From assembly GCF_006345805.1 (NCBI RefSeq), contig NW_021832534.1:49659-113658 (forward strand): a DNA stretch of 64,000 bases, in the 5' to 3' direction. Below, in pieces: positions 13,340-27,199 of this stretch. Each line of letters starts with the position of its first letter. The stretch's first letter is position 1. The notes below the pieces were generated by a model. That model was not told where the DNA came from. It worked only from the letters and a program-made list of their open reading frames with translations, and did no database searches. The DNA comes from Octopus sinensis. Its lineage: Eukaryota. The translations under genes and the position numbers were made by a program.

Positions 13340-13700
13340 AGTCATGCGGAGCTGATTCAAGGCTTTTCTCTGACATTAGTGTAATGTCTTTTGAAATCAC
13401 CTTCACATAACTTGATGTAATTTTTCTTTCCAGTCAGGTTATCTTGAAGTGTTTCTGAGACTTCTGCCTCATATATGATGGAATTGACCATACACACCTG
13501 GTCAAGAGGGCCAGCTTCAGGGTCTCGGCAGTTAAAACTGGAAGTGGGCTCTTGGTGATGCATGTGAGTGATAATGTTCTTCATATTGAGGCAGCAACTG
13601 TATGTGGAGAACTGTAGAGAAATCCATGCCACATGTTAAGGAATCTAAGAAATGAAAGTTATGCATAGCTGAAAGATTGCAGATTCTTTCTAGATCTAGG
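13340..13700 (-). mobile_element. Penelope-like element GIY-YIG endonuclease fragment
   Basis: ORF 13357-13632 gives YSCCLNMKNIITHMH...NCRDPEAGPLDQVCMVNSIIYEAEV...KNYIKLCEGDFKRHYTN, matching the PLE linker-cysteine plus GIY...YIG pattern. Confidence 0.65.
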
Positions 13701-14437
13701 GATTCCACCACATTATTGAGTTAAAGATCCAAAATTTCCAGCAAATGCAAACATATAGACAAATTTCTTTTGGCAATATGGACCCTCTCCATATTGAGTA
13801 GCTGTCTCACAGACTTTGGACCCCTCTCTTTTGAATCATTCTACAACAACCAGCTTCATAATGGCTTTATGGTCAAAGGTGATGTAACTTTAATTTTCTT
13901 TCTTTTCTTTTTCCATTTTTTTCACCGTTCCACCTTTTGCATTAACCTTCTTGTTTTTATCTTGTGATTTCTGTTGTCCCAGTGTATTGTCATGTCAATT
14001 GTATAGATCATGTGCTCAAGGCCTGAAGATTGCTTTGAGACACAAAGCATGTTATAAAAACCTGCCGAGAATTGTGTCTCCAATTCACGAGACTATTAGT
14101 AGCTTGTACCGTTATATGGTGTACATTAAATCAGGGCTACTCAACATGGTGGTCGACAGACTTGCGCCAGTCCACATGCCATCAGCTGGTGGTGTGTGGC
14201 GAGTTTCCAGAGAAGAAAGAAGCATTATAAAATGCTTATAAAATACTTAAATAATATTGTATTATTTGTTTACAGAATAAATAGAAGGTAAAATATATCG
14301 TCGACTTTAATTATATTCATTATATATATTGTTTCCGGTATAAATTAATATTATTAAGAAATATTACCAATCTTTTGCACATTGGGAAAAAAAAGTTGCT
14401 AGTACACCACATCAGATAGTTTGATATATATGTGATA

Positions 14438-14490
<53 letters not shown>

Positions 14491-15378
14491 TATATATTGT
14501 GTGTGTGTGTATGCATGTATGCCTATAGATAGATACATACATCCATACATACAGAAGCATGTACATTTATAAATAGATAGATTAGATAACTATAGACATA
14601 TATATATATATATATATTGTGTGTGTGTGTGTGTGTACGAATGCGTGTATGAGTGTGTGTGTGTGTGTTAGCTATGTTGTGGTGCATATAATTGCATATA
14701 CGTGTTGTATATGAAGAGATACAAGACATTCGTTCCTGAAAGAGGGGAGCCCTCTGCTTTCATAGCAGTGTCACTTCTCACTAGAAGACTCCTCCTTCTT
14801 GTCAACATCTCCAGTTAAAGATTTAATGTCATTCCACCTGTACAAACATGCCAATATCTGGGATTCTCAGGTGCCAATGTGGGGGTCACCAAGGAATTGA
14901 TAACTTCAGCAGCGGCATTATAACCAGGAATATTTGTTTAACTGTTGTAGCATGTCGACATCACACGACGACGTTACGTTCGTTTACCACCATGACACAG
15001 CTTTGATTATTATTGGGACTGCACTGGTACGAGTTGATAACACAGGAATATGACTATGGCGATGGTGGTGGTGGTGGTGATGACGACGATGACAATAAGA
15101 AGAAGATGAGGAGGAGGGGTGGACAAGGAAGAAGAAATGGGGAAGGAGGAGGAGGACATTGATGACAACAATGATGTTGAAACTATGGGTGAACCCCTGA
15201 GGATTTCTTCACTGGAAGAAATCTGTTTCCAAATGAATCCTGAATAAAAGAAAGGCTGACTTCCATAAGACTTATGTCACAACTACAAGAAAACCTGTGA
15301 ATGGTGTGAGAGGAGAAGTTGGCAGGGAATTTTAACAGATTTTGGTGTTAAATGGGAAGTCTTGACTATTGACAGAGA

Positions 15379-15429
<51 letters not shown>

Positions 15430-15589
15430 ATAATGGTGTGTGTGGAAGATCATGCGAGAAGAATGAAACGAGGTGGGAGATGATTGTGAATGTAAGGGAG
15501 GAGAAGGAGTGAGATGGGGAGGAGGGAGAGGAACAAGAAGCAGAAAAATCTCATGGTGAGTTGGATAAAGGAAAATCTAGAGGAATAGA

Positions 15590-15652
15590 ATAATAATGAT
15601 TATGATGATAATGATAATAATGATAATAATAATAATGATGATAATAATAATA

Positions 15653-15683
<31 letters not shown>

Positions 15684-15823
15684 TAATAATGATAATAATA
15701 ATAATAATTATAATAATAATGATAATAATTATAATAATAAGAAGAAGAATGATAATGATAATAATAATGATAATAATAATAATGATAATAATAATAATGA
15801 TGATAGTGATAATGATAATAATG

Positions 15824-15854
<31 letters not shown>

Positions 15855-15964
15855 TAATAATAATAATAATTATAATAATAATGATAATAATTATAATAAT
15901 AAGAAGAAGAATGATAATGATAATAATAATGATAATAATGATAATAATAATAATAATAATAATG

Positions 15965-16010
<46 letters not shown>

Positions 16011-16030
16011 TAATAATAATAATGATAATG
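15590..16030. repeat. (ATA/ATG)n microsatellite with an internal duplicated block
   Basis: Direct reading; aattataataataagaagaagaatgataatg occurs twice. Similar arrays at 11390-11490, 26840-27165 (CAT), 53835-54200. Confidence 0.95.
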
Positions 16031-16468
16031 AGCTTATTGTGTTCTGTGAAATATAATAACTTGGCTGTGTTTGAATGTGTAACACTTCAGTGATGATAAA
16101 TATACAATACACAGATTCTCTTATGAATGTGTGTATGAATGTTGTTTAAGATATATTTGGGGGGAGGGAGATATAAAATATTCTGTATGTACATAGTATT
16201 CTTTTATTGTTTTACTTGTGTCAGTCGTTTGACTGCGGCCATGCTGGAGCACTGCCTTTAGTCGAGCAAAATCGATCCCAGGACTTTTTCTTTGTAAGCC
16301 TAGTACTTATTCTATCGGTCTCTTTTGCTGAACCGCTAAGTTACGGGGACATAAACACACCAGCATTGGCTGTCAAGCAATGTTGGACGGACACACATAC
16401 ACACACACATATGTATATATTATATATGACTGGGCTTCTTTCAGTTTCTGTCTACTAAATCCACTCAC

Positions 16469-16714
16469 AATTAAGCTGGTGTGTGTGGAAGTGAAGCCTT
16501 ACAACAGCGACATAAGAGATGACAGGCATGGGAAGGAATATAGATGTTGCACAGATGGTAGTCGAACCAAGAAAAAAAGGTCAGGCTTGGATGGTCATGT
16601 GGAGGTAGAGGAGAGAGATAGAGGCAGAGGTATAGAAGAATTGGGGAGGTCTGATGCCTGTCATCTCTTATGGCCCTGACGTAAGGCTTCACTTCCACAC
16701 ACGCCAGCTTAATT
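16469..16714. repeat. Fold-back element (~60-bp arms)
   Basis: aattaagctggtgtgtgtggaagtgaagccttac...ataagagatgacaggcat / atgcctgtcatctcttat...gtaaggcttcacttccacacacgccagcttaatt. Confidence 0.85.
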
Positions 16715-17097
16715 TGATTCATCCTTAGTCGAAAGACACCTGTTGTTAATGTCCTGTTATTTGCATTTGTATTTGTGTAACATTTCTCCGTTTTTTTTCT
16801 TTCCTTATTTTCATATGCATTTGTTGCTTTCTTCCAAGGAATCTAGTGCTCTTAGCTTATATTTTCCTTGGGGCTCACCAGATTGGAGCAGTCTCGAGTT
16901 ATAACCAGTCAAAACTGCAAAGATAATCTGGAACCCGACTGAGGAAAGAAAGCTCTGAATGACCTGTCGTTGTTTTTTCATGTTCCTTTTTGTATCATCC
17001 AACTGTCTAGATGTTTTGTTGTCACCTATTGCATTCTTGTCCCATTTTTAGTTTTCTTTTTTTATATACATATAGCGGCGTATGTATACTTTGGTCT

Positions 17098-17151
<54 letters not shown>

Positions 17152-17520
17152 ATACACTCATGGAGTGGTTGGTGTTAGGAAGGGCATCCAGCTGTAGAAA
17201 CACTGCCAGATCAGACTGGAGCCTGGTGCAGCCTCCTGGCTTCACAGATCCCAGTCGAACTGTCCAACCCGTGCTAGCACGGAAAATGGATGTTAAATGA
17301 TGATGATGATATATATATAGGTAAATTTCCAAATTCGGTTGGTAGGGATATACAGTCCTAGTGGGTACTGTATTCACTTTTACCAATTAATAATGCTGGC
17401 TAACCCCTGTGAGTATAGAAAAATTCCAGTTCGTTTATTTTACTCTCCTCAGTAGATCTTCCCATCAATAAATCCATGTGTGTCTATAGAGACTGCATGC
17501 TGTCGATGGGGAAGAAATGA

Positions 17521-17792
17521 TAAATTAATAATAAAGAGAACAGAGATTTACTTATCCAGTTTTATTCTGCAATCGCATCAATTACTTGTATTTAGTTCAG
17601 ATGGAATCAGAAATGCTGTTAATGGCACCCTTAAAGAAGCAGCGATTAACACCAAAATGCACACCAAGATGCAAAGTTTTGCTGTGTGCACTCAGTTGCA
17701 ACAGGAACATGTAGGTACAGAAATGGAAAGATGTGATTCACTGCAGAATAAAACTGGAAATATAAATCTCTGTTCTCCTTATTATTAATTTA
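17521..17792. repeat. Fold-back / MITE-like element with ~55-bp TIRs
   Basis: taaattaataataaagagaacagagatttacttatccagttttattctgca ... tgcagaataaaactggaaatataaatctctgttctccttattattaattta. Confidence 0.8.
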
Positions 17793-18016
17793 TATATATA
17801 CATATATAAAATAAGTAATTTGGAAAAATAAGTATAAGTCGATTAGTATGTTTAAGTGTTGAGTAGGGCGCCACCACAGTTTAGGTTACCTATTGTCATC
17901 CGCAGACCCAGACTGATGGGTCAAAACTTATGTTGTACCTAATAAAAGTCTAATACAAAATCCATCTCTTACTATTAATTAAAACTATATATATATATAT
18001 ATATATATATTATATT

Positions 18017-18190
18017 ATATATAAATTAGAAAAAAAAACCTTTTATCAATTCAATAGTGAAAAATTAAATTATACCATTTAGAAAAATTACATATTATAA
18101 TCTTTCTATAATATGTAATTTTTCTAAATGGTATAATTTAATTTTTCATTATTGAATTGATAAAAGGTGTTTTTTTTCTAATTTATATAT
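18017..18190. repeat. Near-perfect AT-rich palindrome (~83-bp arms, 7-nt loop)
   Basis: Arms 18017-18099 and 18107-18190 are reverse complements with few mismatches; loop atctttc. Confidence 0.9.
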
Positions 18191-18959
18191 ATATATATAT
18201 ATTATATTTTGTGAAATTTGATTTAGTATTTCTAAATTGAATTTTTCCCTGTAAGTTTGGAATAATATTCCCTCATATTATTATTATATTATATTATATT
18301 ATATTATATTATATTATATTATATTATATTATATTATATATATATCTGTGTCAGGGGTCAGGGAGTGAGGATGATGGAGAGGAATTGAGTAGGGGAAGGT
18401 GTAGAATTGCCCCATGTTATATATGGGTGGATAGGGAGAAGTGAGAAAGCAAGATATAATGATGGGAAGTCACCAGAACTGGTCCTCAAGGAGACATCTA
18501 AGAATCAGGTGGGTGGAAGGGTGAAGGTTGCCAGTCTGCAATGCATTCCCGGGGAAGCATGTTTGAGAGGAAATAAGAAGGAGGGGTATCCGGATATGGA
18601 AAAGGTGATGGAGATATGAGGAGGGAGATATTCAATATGCACCAATCAAGTGTTTTGCTTTCACTTAATTTGGTGCCAAATTGGTTATTGTTCAGAACTC
18701 TAAGTCTTTACCTACAAGACTTTTGGATAGATGCAGTAAGGTGAGAGCTAGAAAGAGTAGCCAAATCTGACTCAAATCATATTTTACTGTCTTTAAAATA
18801 TAAGACACATAAGATAATGTAGTCCTGGATATATTGTGTTGAATAGTTACAGACAGGGTGGTCATGACTGGAATGCCTGATTGAAGTTCTTCCCAGTCGG
18901 AATTGATCTGTTGTTAAACCACAACTATAACAACTATATTTACCAGAAGTTGTGAAATA

Positions 18960-19370
18960 TGTTTCACGAAGAACACAGAATCAGTTAAAGATGTAAATTA
19001 CAAGGAACAACTTGAATCTTTGAAGTTCCATTATCCTAAAAGACAGACAAGAAAGAATTGTAGTCGTCGATATTTGAAAAATTCCTCTTCAAAGTAAAAT
19101 ACCAAACTTGAGGACACGGAATATTGATTAAGAATCTACTGTCAACTCACAAAGATTTCGTCTGATGAGAATCAAGTGAAACCATTCTTTGACAAGAGAA
19201 TTCTTGCTTCAGGTGACCTCAGTTTGTTTAATATTAAATCAGAAAACATGATGGTGCTACCTGTTAAAGAGTTCCAACATCAAATACAAAGATTTCCCCC
19301 TCATTCCACAGACCAATCGTCTTCCGTAAATTATGGTCTTGTAATATCACTTTCTACAAACACATTGATT
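18960..19370 (+). mobile_element. Decayed 3' fragment of a CR1-type LINE
   Basis: VKDVNYKEQLESLKFHY (cf. LSYEERLKxLKLYSL) and VKEFQHQIQRFPPHSTDQ (cf. FKxxLDxFLxxIPDQP). Confidence 0.45.
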
Positions 19371-19587
19371 CAGTAAAGAAAAACAAGGAAAAAAAAAACA
19401 AAAAAAAACACAAATATACAAATATAGTAAGCAGAGGCATGGCTTTGTGGAGAGAAATTTGCTTCCCAACCATATGGTTCCAGGTTCAGTCCCACTGTTT
19501 GGCACCTTGGGCAAGTGTTTTATACTGTTGCCTCAGGATGACCAAAACCTTGTCAGTGGATTTGGTATATATCATCATCATCGTTTA

Positions 19588-19639
<52 letters not shown>

Positions 19640-19718
19640 ATATATGTATATGTATGTATGTTTATATATATATGTATGTATATATACACACATATATATA
19701 TGAATATATATATATATA

Positions 19719-20125
19719 GGCGCAGGAGTGGCTGTGTGGTAAGTAGCTTGCTAACCAACCACATGGTTCCGGGTTCAGTCCCACTGCGTGGCATCTTGGG
19801 CAAGTGTCTTCTGCTATAGCCCCGGGCCGACCAATGCCTTGTGAATGGATTTGGTAGACGGAAACTGAAAGAAGTCTGTCATATATATGTATATATGTGT
19901 GTGTGTTTGTGTGTCTATGTTTGTCCTCCACCACTGCTTGACAACCAATGTTGGTGTGTTTATGTCCCTGTAACTTAGTTTCTCAGCAAAAGAAACTGAC
20001 AAAATAAATAGCAGGCTTTAAAAATATATATCCTGGGGTGGGGGTCGATTGATTCGACTAAAAATTCTTCAAGGCAGTGCCCCAGCATGGCCACAGTCTA
20101 ATGACTGAAACAAGTGAAAGAATAA
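19719..20125 (+). mobile_element. tRNA-headed SINE family A (~400 bp, internal TA/TG microsatellite)
   Basis: Head ggcgcaggagtggctgtgtggtaag...ggttccgggttcagtccc (A/B-box-like). Other copies at ~1240-1640(-), 2286-3065(+), 8130-8325(-), 16205-16468(-), 19430-19565(+), 37202-37608(+), 37620-38055(+). Confidence 0.85.
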
Positions 20126-20907
20126 AGAAAAAAAGCAGAAAGACGAAATTCTGTACAAAATGTGAGACTCCAGCATGGCCAGAACCAATAATGGTGTTGG
20201 AACTGGGAGGAACCAAAAGTTCCTTACTGAAATCATGTTTGTAGACAATAGAGCTGTAGGCAACCAAGTTGGATGGGACAGTCATGGCTGGAACACTTTT
20301 CATTATATGTGTGAGCTGGCAGAATCCTTAACTTCACTTCATTTCTTTCAATTCATTAGGTTCTGAGTTCAAACTCAGCTGAGGGTGACTTTGCCTTTCG
20401 TTCTTGCAGGGTCAATAGAATTAAGTGCCAGTTCAGCCCTGGGGTGTTGATATGATTGACTTTCCCCTCCCCTCAAAATTACCGGCTTTGTGTCAAAATT
20501 CGTAAGGATTGCATTGTGAATGAGGATCAAACAATAAGAAGAGCAACAACATGAGAGCTTGTGTGGAGTCATTCACTTTGTTAGAAATAGCAGCCAAATG
20601 AACCACAAATTACACTGTACTGTCTTAAATAAATGAAGGTCACATAAGGTAATGTAGTTTAACCTCATCTTTAAATCAATGGAATGGTCATAGATGGAAT
20701 ATTTTTAACCGTCAGTGTCTACTGGATCACAGTTGATCTAGCAGTAAATAACACCAATAACAATCACAGTAGGTTTCGTAGAGATGAGTCTCTTGTCTAA
20801 GCACTCAACACTACACACCTCCATTTGGTGACTGATCAAATCTGTACAGCTTTAATCATTAACCAATTTCTTAAAACCTACATTATGACTACTATTACCA
20901 GCACCTC

Positions 20908-20948
<41 letters not shown>

Positions 20949-21099
20949 TTCTCTCTCTCCCTCTCCACCCACCCATTCACCAATCCTTCCACCACACAAT
21001 ACTGGCCTCCTTCTACCCACCCCACCCCCATTGCCACTATTTAATTCTCCATTACTTCCACCTTACACTCATCTCATCAATCGGTCATAGCAATTGATC

Positions 21100-21715
21100 C
21101 GACATCAATACACCACCACCGCCGCCGCCACCGCCACCACCACCTCACACTACACCAAACTGCTGACCCCTAACCACACCCTAACTGCCACCATAACACC
21201 ACCACAAACCACCACTGCACAATGTCCAGAATAATTCTGACAGACTCACCAACAATACAGCATACAGCACTACCACCACCACTACCACTACCACCACAAT
21301 CACCACCACCACCACCAGCACAAATACCATCACCACTACCACCACCATCACTGCTGCCACCGCCTCCACCATCACCACCGCCGCCTCCACCACCACCACC
21401 TTCACTACCTTCACCATCACCACTGCCACCACCACCACCACCACCACCACCACCACCACCACCACCACCACCACCACCACCACCACCACCACCACCACCA
21501 CCAGCACAAATACCATCACCACTACCACCACCATCACTGCTGCCACCGCCTCCACCATCACCACCGCCGCCTCCACCACCACCACCACCACCACCACCAC
21601 CACCACCACCACCACCACCACCACCACCACCACCACCACCACCACCACCACCACCACCACCACCACCACCACCACCACCACCACCACCACCACCACCACC
21701 ACCACCACCACCACT
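21100..21715. repeat. (CAC)n microsatellite with a duplicated ~80-bp degenerate block
   Basis: ccagcacaaataccatcaccactacc...gccgcctccacc at ~21313 and ~21500. Confidence 0.95.
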
Positions 21716-22345
21716 CCTACACAATAATGTCCAGAACAGTTCCACCAAACTCACTGTGTTTCATTGATCGACAGATTAAATTTAAGATTCTTCTCGTGCT
21801 TTGTAAACGTCTTGTTGGATTAAGGATCCTCCTGCTACTCCTCCCTCCCTCCCTCCCTCCCCACCGCCTCCTCCTCTTCCTCCTCCTTGCTCTCCCCTAT
21901 CTTCCTCTTCTTCCTCTTCCTCTTCAACCAAACAATAGAGACAGTCAAAAGACAACCACCACCAGCTCCACACACACACACACACACACATATTTACAAC
22001 ACATACATAAACGTATATATACGCACACATGCGCGTGCGTGGAGATATTTATAAACACACACACACAAACACACACACACACACACACACACGCATGCAG
22101 ACGTTTATAAACATGCATGCATACACACACTGAACTATATACGGACATACACGCTCATACATAGTCACTCATACAAATACACAAACACGCAGATACACAC
22201 ATACACACTTTTACAAACACATAGGCATGCATAAACACACTCAACACACACACACACACGCAAACACACACACAAACACACACAGACACGGACATATATA
22301 TATATATATTTAGATAGAAAGATAGACATGCACATGTGTATATAC

Positions 22346-22436
<91 letters not shown>

Positions 22437-23608
22437 CACACACACACTTGTATATATACACACATACATAGGAAAATACATAGACAGGCATACACACATA
22501 CACACACATGCAACACGCACATGCATGTACACACACACATATATGTACATACACATACCTACACATACACACACACACACACATGGTGATTGAATTGGGA
22601 AGAAGATATTAAATTAGTGTTCTCGATTCACATTGGAGTGTCGTGGTTGGTTGTAGCAGTTAATTGTTCTGTCACAGCTTTGATGGTCAATACCACTGGC
22701 TCGTCCTGCACCACCACAACCACCACCACCACCACTCTCTCATTCTCTCTCACCCCCTCTGTCTCTCTCTTATTACACTCTCTCTTTCTCTCCAGGCACA
22801 CACGAATACACACACATTCACACACAAATGTACGCACAAACACCTAATTGCTAACATTCATGTGCACACACACAAACACACACATTCACATACATGCACT
22901 CACATATGTGTATGCATACACACATGCATGTAAAGTCAAACACACACACACATGCAAAGGCACAATCCTTCTAAGAATCTCCTAGACTCAAACACACAGA
23001 CACACATATACAAACACACACACATACACACACACACACACATATTAATCCTATTATGGATCAAATGGATTATTACTGCATTTTTATTCCTACACACACA
23101 CTTTCACTGCGAAGTTCGTCGGTGGAAGTGTGGGGGTGGGGAGGTTACTGTCTACACACACATACACATACTGACAATCACACAGAAAATGGCATCAACA
23201 CACACACATGCTCACACAGATATTCCCCCACACACAAACTACAGATCCTGTATATGCACATAGGCACTATATATGTGTGTGTTTGTATGAGTGTGTGTGT
23301 GTGTGTGTGTATATAAGCACACATAGAAATGCACACACACACAACACTATACGTATATATGTATATATGCATGTATATGTGTGTGTGTGTGTGTGTTCCT
23401 CATCATCATTTAACATCCATTTTCTGTGCTGGCATCAGAGGTTAGATGGTTTGACAGGATTGAATGAGCTGCAAGACATCATTGACCTCCAATGTCTGCT
23501 TTCACATGGTTTCTATGGCTGGATGCTCTTCCTGACACCAACCCCTCTACACTATGTTCTAGATGCTCTTTTTTGTCATTGCACCAGCTCTAGTGAGGTT
23601 GCCAAGTA

Positions 23609-24527
23609 TTGGGTCATTCCATAAATAATGCAGTTCTTTTATACTTCTTTTATTTTTCAAAATTAAGATAAGCAAAGTTCTTTTTTAATCTAAAATATAC
23701 TCTCCTTCATTTTCTGCAATGCTCTTCCATCTGTCTGCTAGACTTGCAAGACCCCTCTTCCAAGATTCACTTGTCCAATGCGGAAAATACTCCTCCAGTA
23801 CTGTTCTGACCTCATCTACGGAATTCATATTCTTTCTGTCTAAAATGATTTTGAAAACAGTTGAATAAATGATAATCAGATGTCCGGCAAATATGGTGGG
23901 TGGGGCATCGTTTCCCATTCAAACTGTTCCAGCCTTTGGAATGTCATCTTACTGCATGTGGCCGAGCATTATCCTGATGGAAGAACAATTTTTGTCTTGA
24001 AACCAAAGATGATCATTTTTCTTCTAGTACAAGCGTCGATGAATGGTTGAATGACCAGATCCAAGCTTCTCTGTTAGTCCTTCAACAGTTTCAATGGGAT
24101 TTTGTTCCACCAGGGTTTGCAGGACAACCTCGTTAATCTCTACAGATCTTCCAGGATGAGGCTTGTCTTCTAGGCTGTAGTTTCTGCCTTGGAATTTCTG
24201 GAACCACCGTTGACACTGGTTTATGCTTATTGTCCAATTCCCGTATTCTGCATTAATATTCCTCGCACTTTTTATTGTGTTGTTGCCTTTATTGAACTCA
24301 TAAAGCAAAATATGCCGAATATGCTCCTTTGTCACTTCCATTATAGCTTTGAAAAAATAACTGTTAAAATCGAACTGCACTCTTCAAAACTTGTACAGAG
24401 AATAAGGACATGGTAAGATAATTACTCCCTGCTTTTATAGCAAGTTGTTGCAGGTAGTTTATCCCATCCCCCTCCGACTTTTAGTTCATGCAATTGAAAA
24501 AACTGCATTATTTATGGGATGACCCAA
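23609..24527 (-). mobile_element. Internally deleted mariner transposon with both TIRs and TA target duplication
   Basis: TIRs TTGGGTCATTCCATAAATAATGC / GCATTATTTATGGGATGACCCAA flanked by TA (23607-08, 24528-29); transposase HTH KEHIRHILLYEFNKG...QCQRWFQKF...LEDKPHPGR, plus HQDNARPH and SDYHLF. Confidence 0.9.
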
Positions 24528-26066
24528 TAATTTGCAAAACTGGAAATAATAAAAAAAAAAAAGAAAAGAAAAAACAGGAAACAAAATTGTTCTCACTACT
24601 GAGTGTAGAAATGTATTTAATAGGGGCAGAATGCTTTGTGTCAGATGTTGAGAGACTATGTGTTGTGGGGCCTGGTTTACCTTGCTACTCTCTCTAATTC
24701 TTCTACTCCTACTACAACATTCTCTTTTGTTTTTGTTTTCTTTCTTCTCTGAACAATCAATCTGTGACCCATGATACAATCCATCTGTCTACTATAATCA
24801 TTCCATCTCTCCTCCACCAAACAAGCCATCCACCAAAGTCTGCTACCATTTAGGACTTGGTCCTTGACCACACACACAGATACATATATACAGAATAGAT
24901 TTACTCTATATAAAGTATTGAGTTCTCTTTACTATGTTCTTGTCCATAGAATTGCTTATAAATATGGCATAGTGACAATATATGCATGTGCGTGAGTGCA
25001 ATAAATTTGTGTGTGTGATTAAAAATAATTATTAAGTATTTAATCACACCAGTAACTAATGCACCATATGCAAATTTGTTTAGCCATTTCATTTGAGTAC
25101 AAGTTTGTGACTGATTTAAATAGGAACTGCTATGAAGTTCTCTTTGTAGGCTGAACAGGGAGGTTTGCTTTCACTCTGAAGAGTCACCAAGAACCATGAA
25201 ATATGGCAGGACAATCTCCTTATTTTTCTGAATTTGCATTTGTTTACTTTCCAAAGCATAAGTGTTACAAACTTTAGTCTCACAACATTAAAATAATTGC
25301 TTAGATTATTTTTAATACATGTTGGTTTATCATCATTGTCGTCATTATCATTTAACATCCATTGCCCACACTGGTGTGGAGGCGCAATGGCCCAATGGTT
25401 AGGACAGCGGACTTGCAGTTGTAGGATTGTGGTTTCAATTCCCATACTGGGTGTTGTGAGTGTTTATTGAGCAAAAACATCTAAAGCTCCACGAGGCTCC
25501 GGTGGAGGGTGATGGCGATCCCTGCTGTACTCTTTCGCCACAACTGTCTCTCACTCTTTCTTCCGTTGGCCTGCTCGCTTAGCCAGCAGGATGGCGCCAT
25601 TTGAAGGCTAAAAAACAATGTGAAGCACATTGTGGCCAGCGATGTGTAGCAACATCTGATAGCCTGATCGGTCGTGGTGATCACGGTGTCCACACTGGCA
25701 TGGGTTGAACAGTTTGACTGCGCTGGAACACTGGAAGGCTGCACCAGGATCCAGTCTGATTTGACATGGTTTTCTATGGCTGGATGCCCTTCCTAACACC
25801 AACCACTCCAAGAGTGTAATGAGTGCTTTTACGTGCCACCAGCACGGGTGCCATTTGCGTGCCACTGGTCTCTACCATGACTGCAATTTTGCTTGGCTTG
25901 ATGGGTCTTCTCAAGTATGACATAATGCCAAAGGTCTTGGTCGTTGCCTCCATGAGGCTCAACACACGAAAGGAGCTTGGCCACTTTACCTCCATGAGGC
26001 CCAACGTTCGAAGTGCATGAATATCTGTCTACTTGACTCTCTCTCTTTCTGAATATATACATATAA

Positions 26067-26113
<47 letters not shown>

Positions 26114-26130
26114 CACACACATACATACAC

Positions 26131-26161
<31 letters not shown>

Positions 26162-27199
26162 TATGAATGCATGTGTGTGTTTGTGTCTCCTTGTCTTGAC
26201 TTTGCTTGCTAACAACGGACAAACATTACCATTGTACAAATGGTGCAGCTCATTTGCCATCTTCCATGGAAGCATGAGCTGTTCATGGGGAAATGGCAAG
26301 GAGAAATATCACTTTGCTAAGAAACAGGAGAGGATTGGGAACAGCAAGAGCATCCATCCATGGACAACCTATCGTCACTAATTTCATCTGATCCATGCCA
26401 GCATGGAAAAATGGACGTTAGATAATAATGATGATGATGATGATAACAAGGAGCAGGTGGAGGAGAATTTATGCATACATACACACATATATGCTTATAT
26501 ACCCGTATATATGTATACATGTGTGTGGGTGTGTGTAATCTAATATCACCAATGTAATCAACTGATAAACATTGAAAATATAAAAAAAGGCGGAAACAGT
26601 AATTCCCCCAAAACAACCGTTTCCATTCCAGTTGTGGAATTCTCTGGAGACCAGTTCCACTCTTTCATCATTTCTCAAGATTGTTCCAAACAACAGCAAC
26701 ACCAATTCTGCAGACTAAATGCCTCCTCCCACCATCACCACCACCACCACACCCTCCTATATCCAACCACCAAATAATTAGCTGCCACAGTTTTTTGGTT
26801 TGTGTTTGTAAGCTTGATTGATTGATTAGATGTCAACACCATCATCATCATAATCACTATCATCATCATTGTTGATATCATTGCCATCATTGTCATCATC
26901 TCTATCACCATCCTCATCCTTCTTCTCCCCCTCCTCCTCATCATCATCATCATAATCATCATCATCAACATCATCATCATCATTGCCATCATCATCCATA
27001 TTACCAACATCTCCATCATCAACATCACCAACACCAGCACCTTCATCCTCATCATCCTCATCAGTATCACCTCCATCACCCATCATCATCATCATAACTG
27101 TCACTGTCATCATTATCCTCCTCCCCCTCATCATCATCATCATCACCACCATCATTGCCTCCATTTGATGTCTGTTATTCTATATTGACAGATCACGTA

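Noticed and set aside
19162-19185. CUGAUGA...GAAAC hammerhead-like match
   Set aside because: No stem II pairing; lies inside a CR1 fragment, probably by chance
21170-21767. Gly-rich, Val-rich and Pro-rich ORFs (glycine-rich or extensin/formin-like)
   Set aside because: All three come from one (CAC)n microsatellite open in several frames; no splice context or unique domain
25176-25205. CUGAAGA...GAAA match
   Set aside because: No credible stem II or stem III
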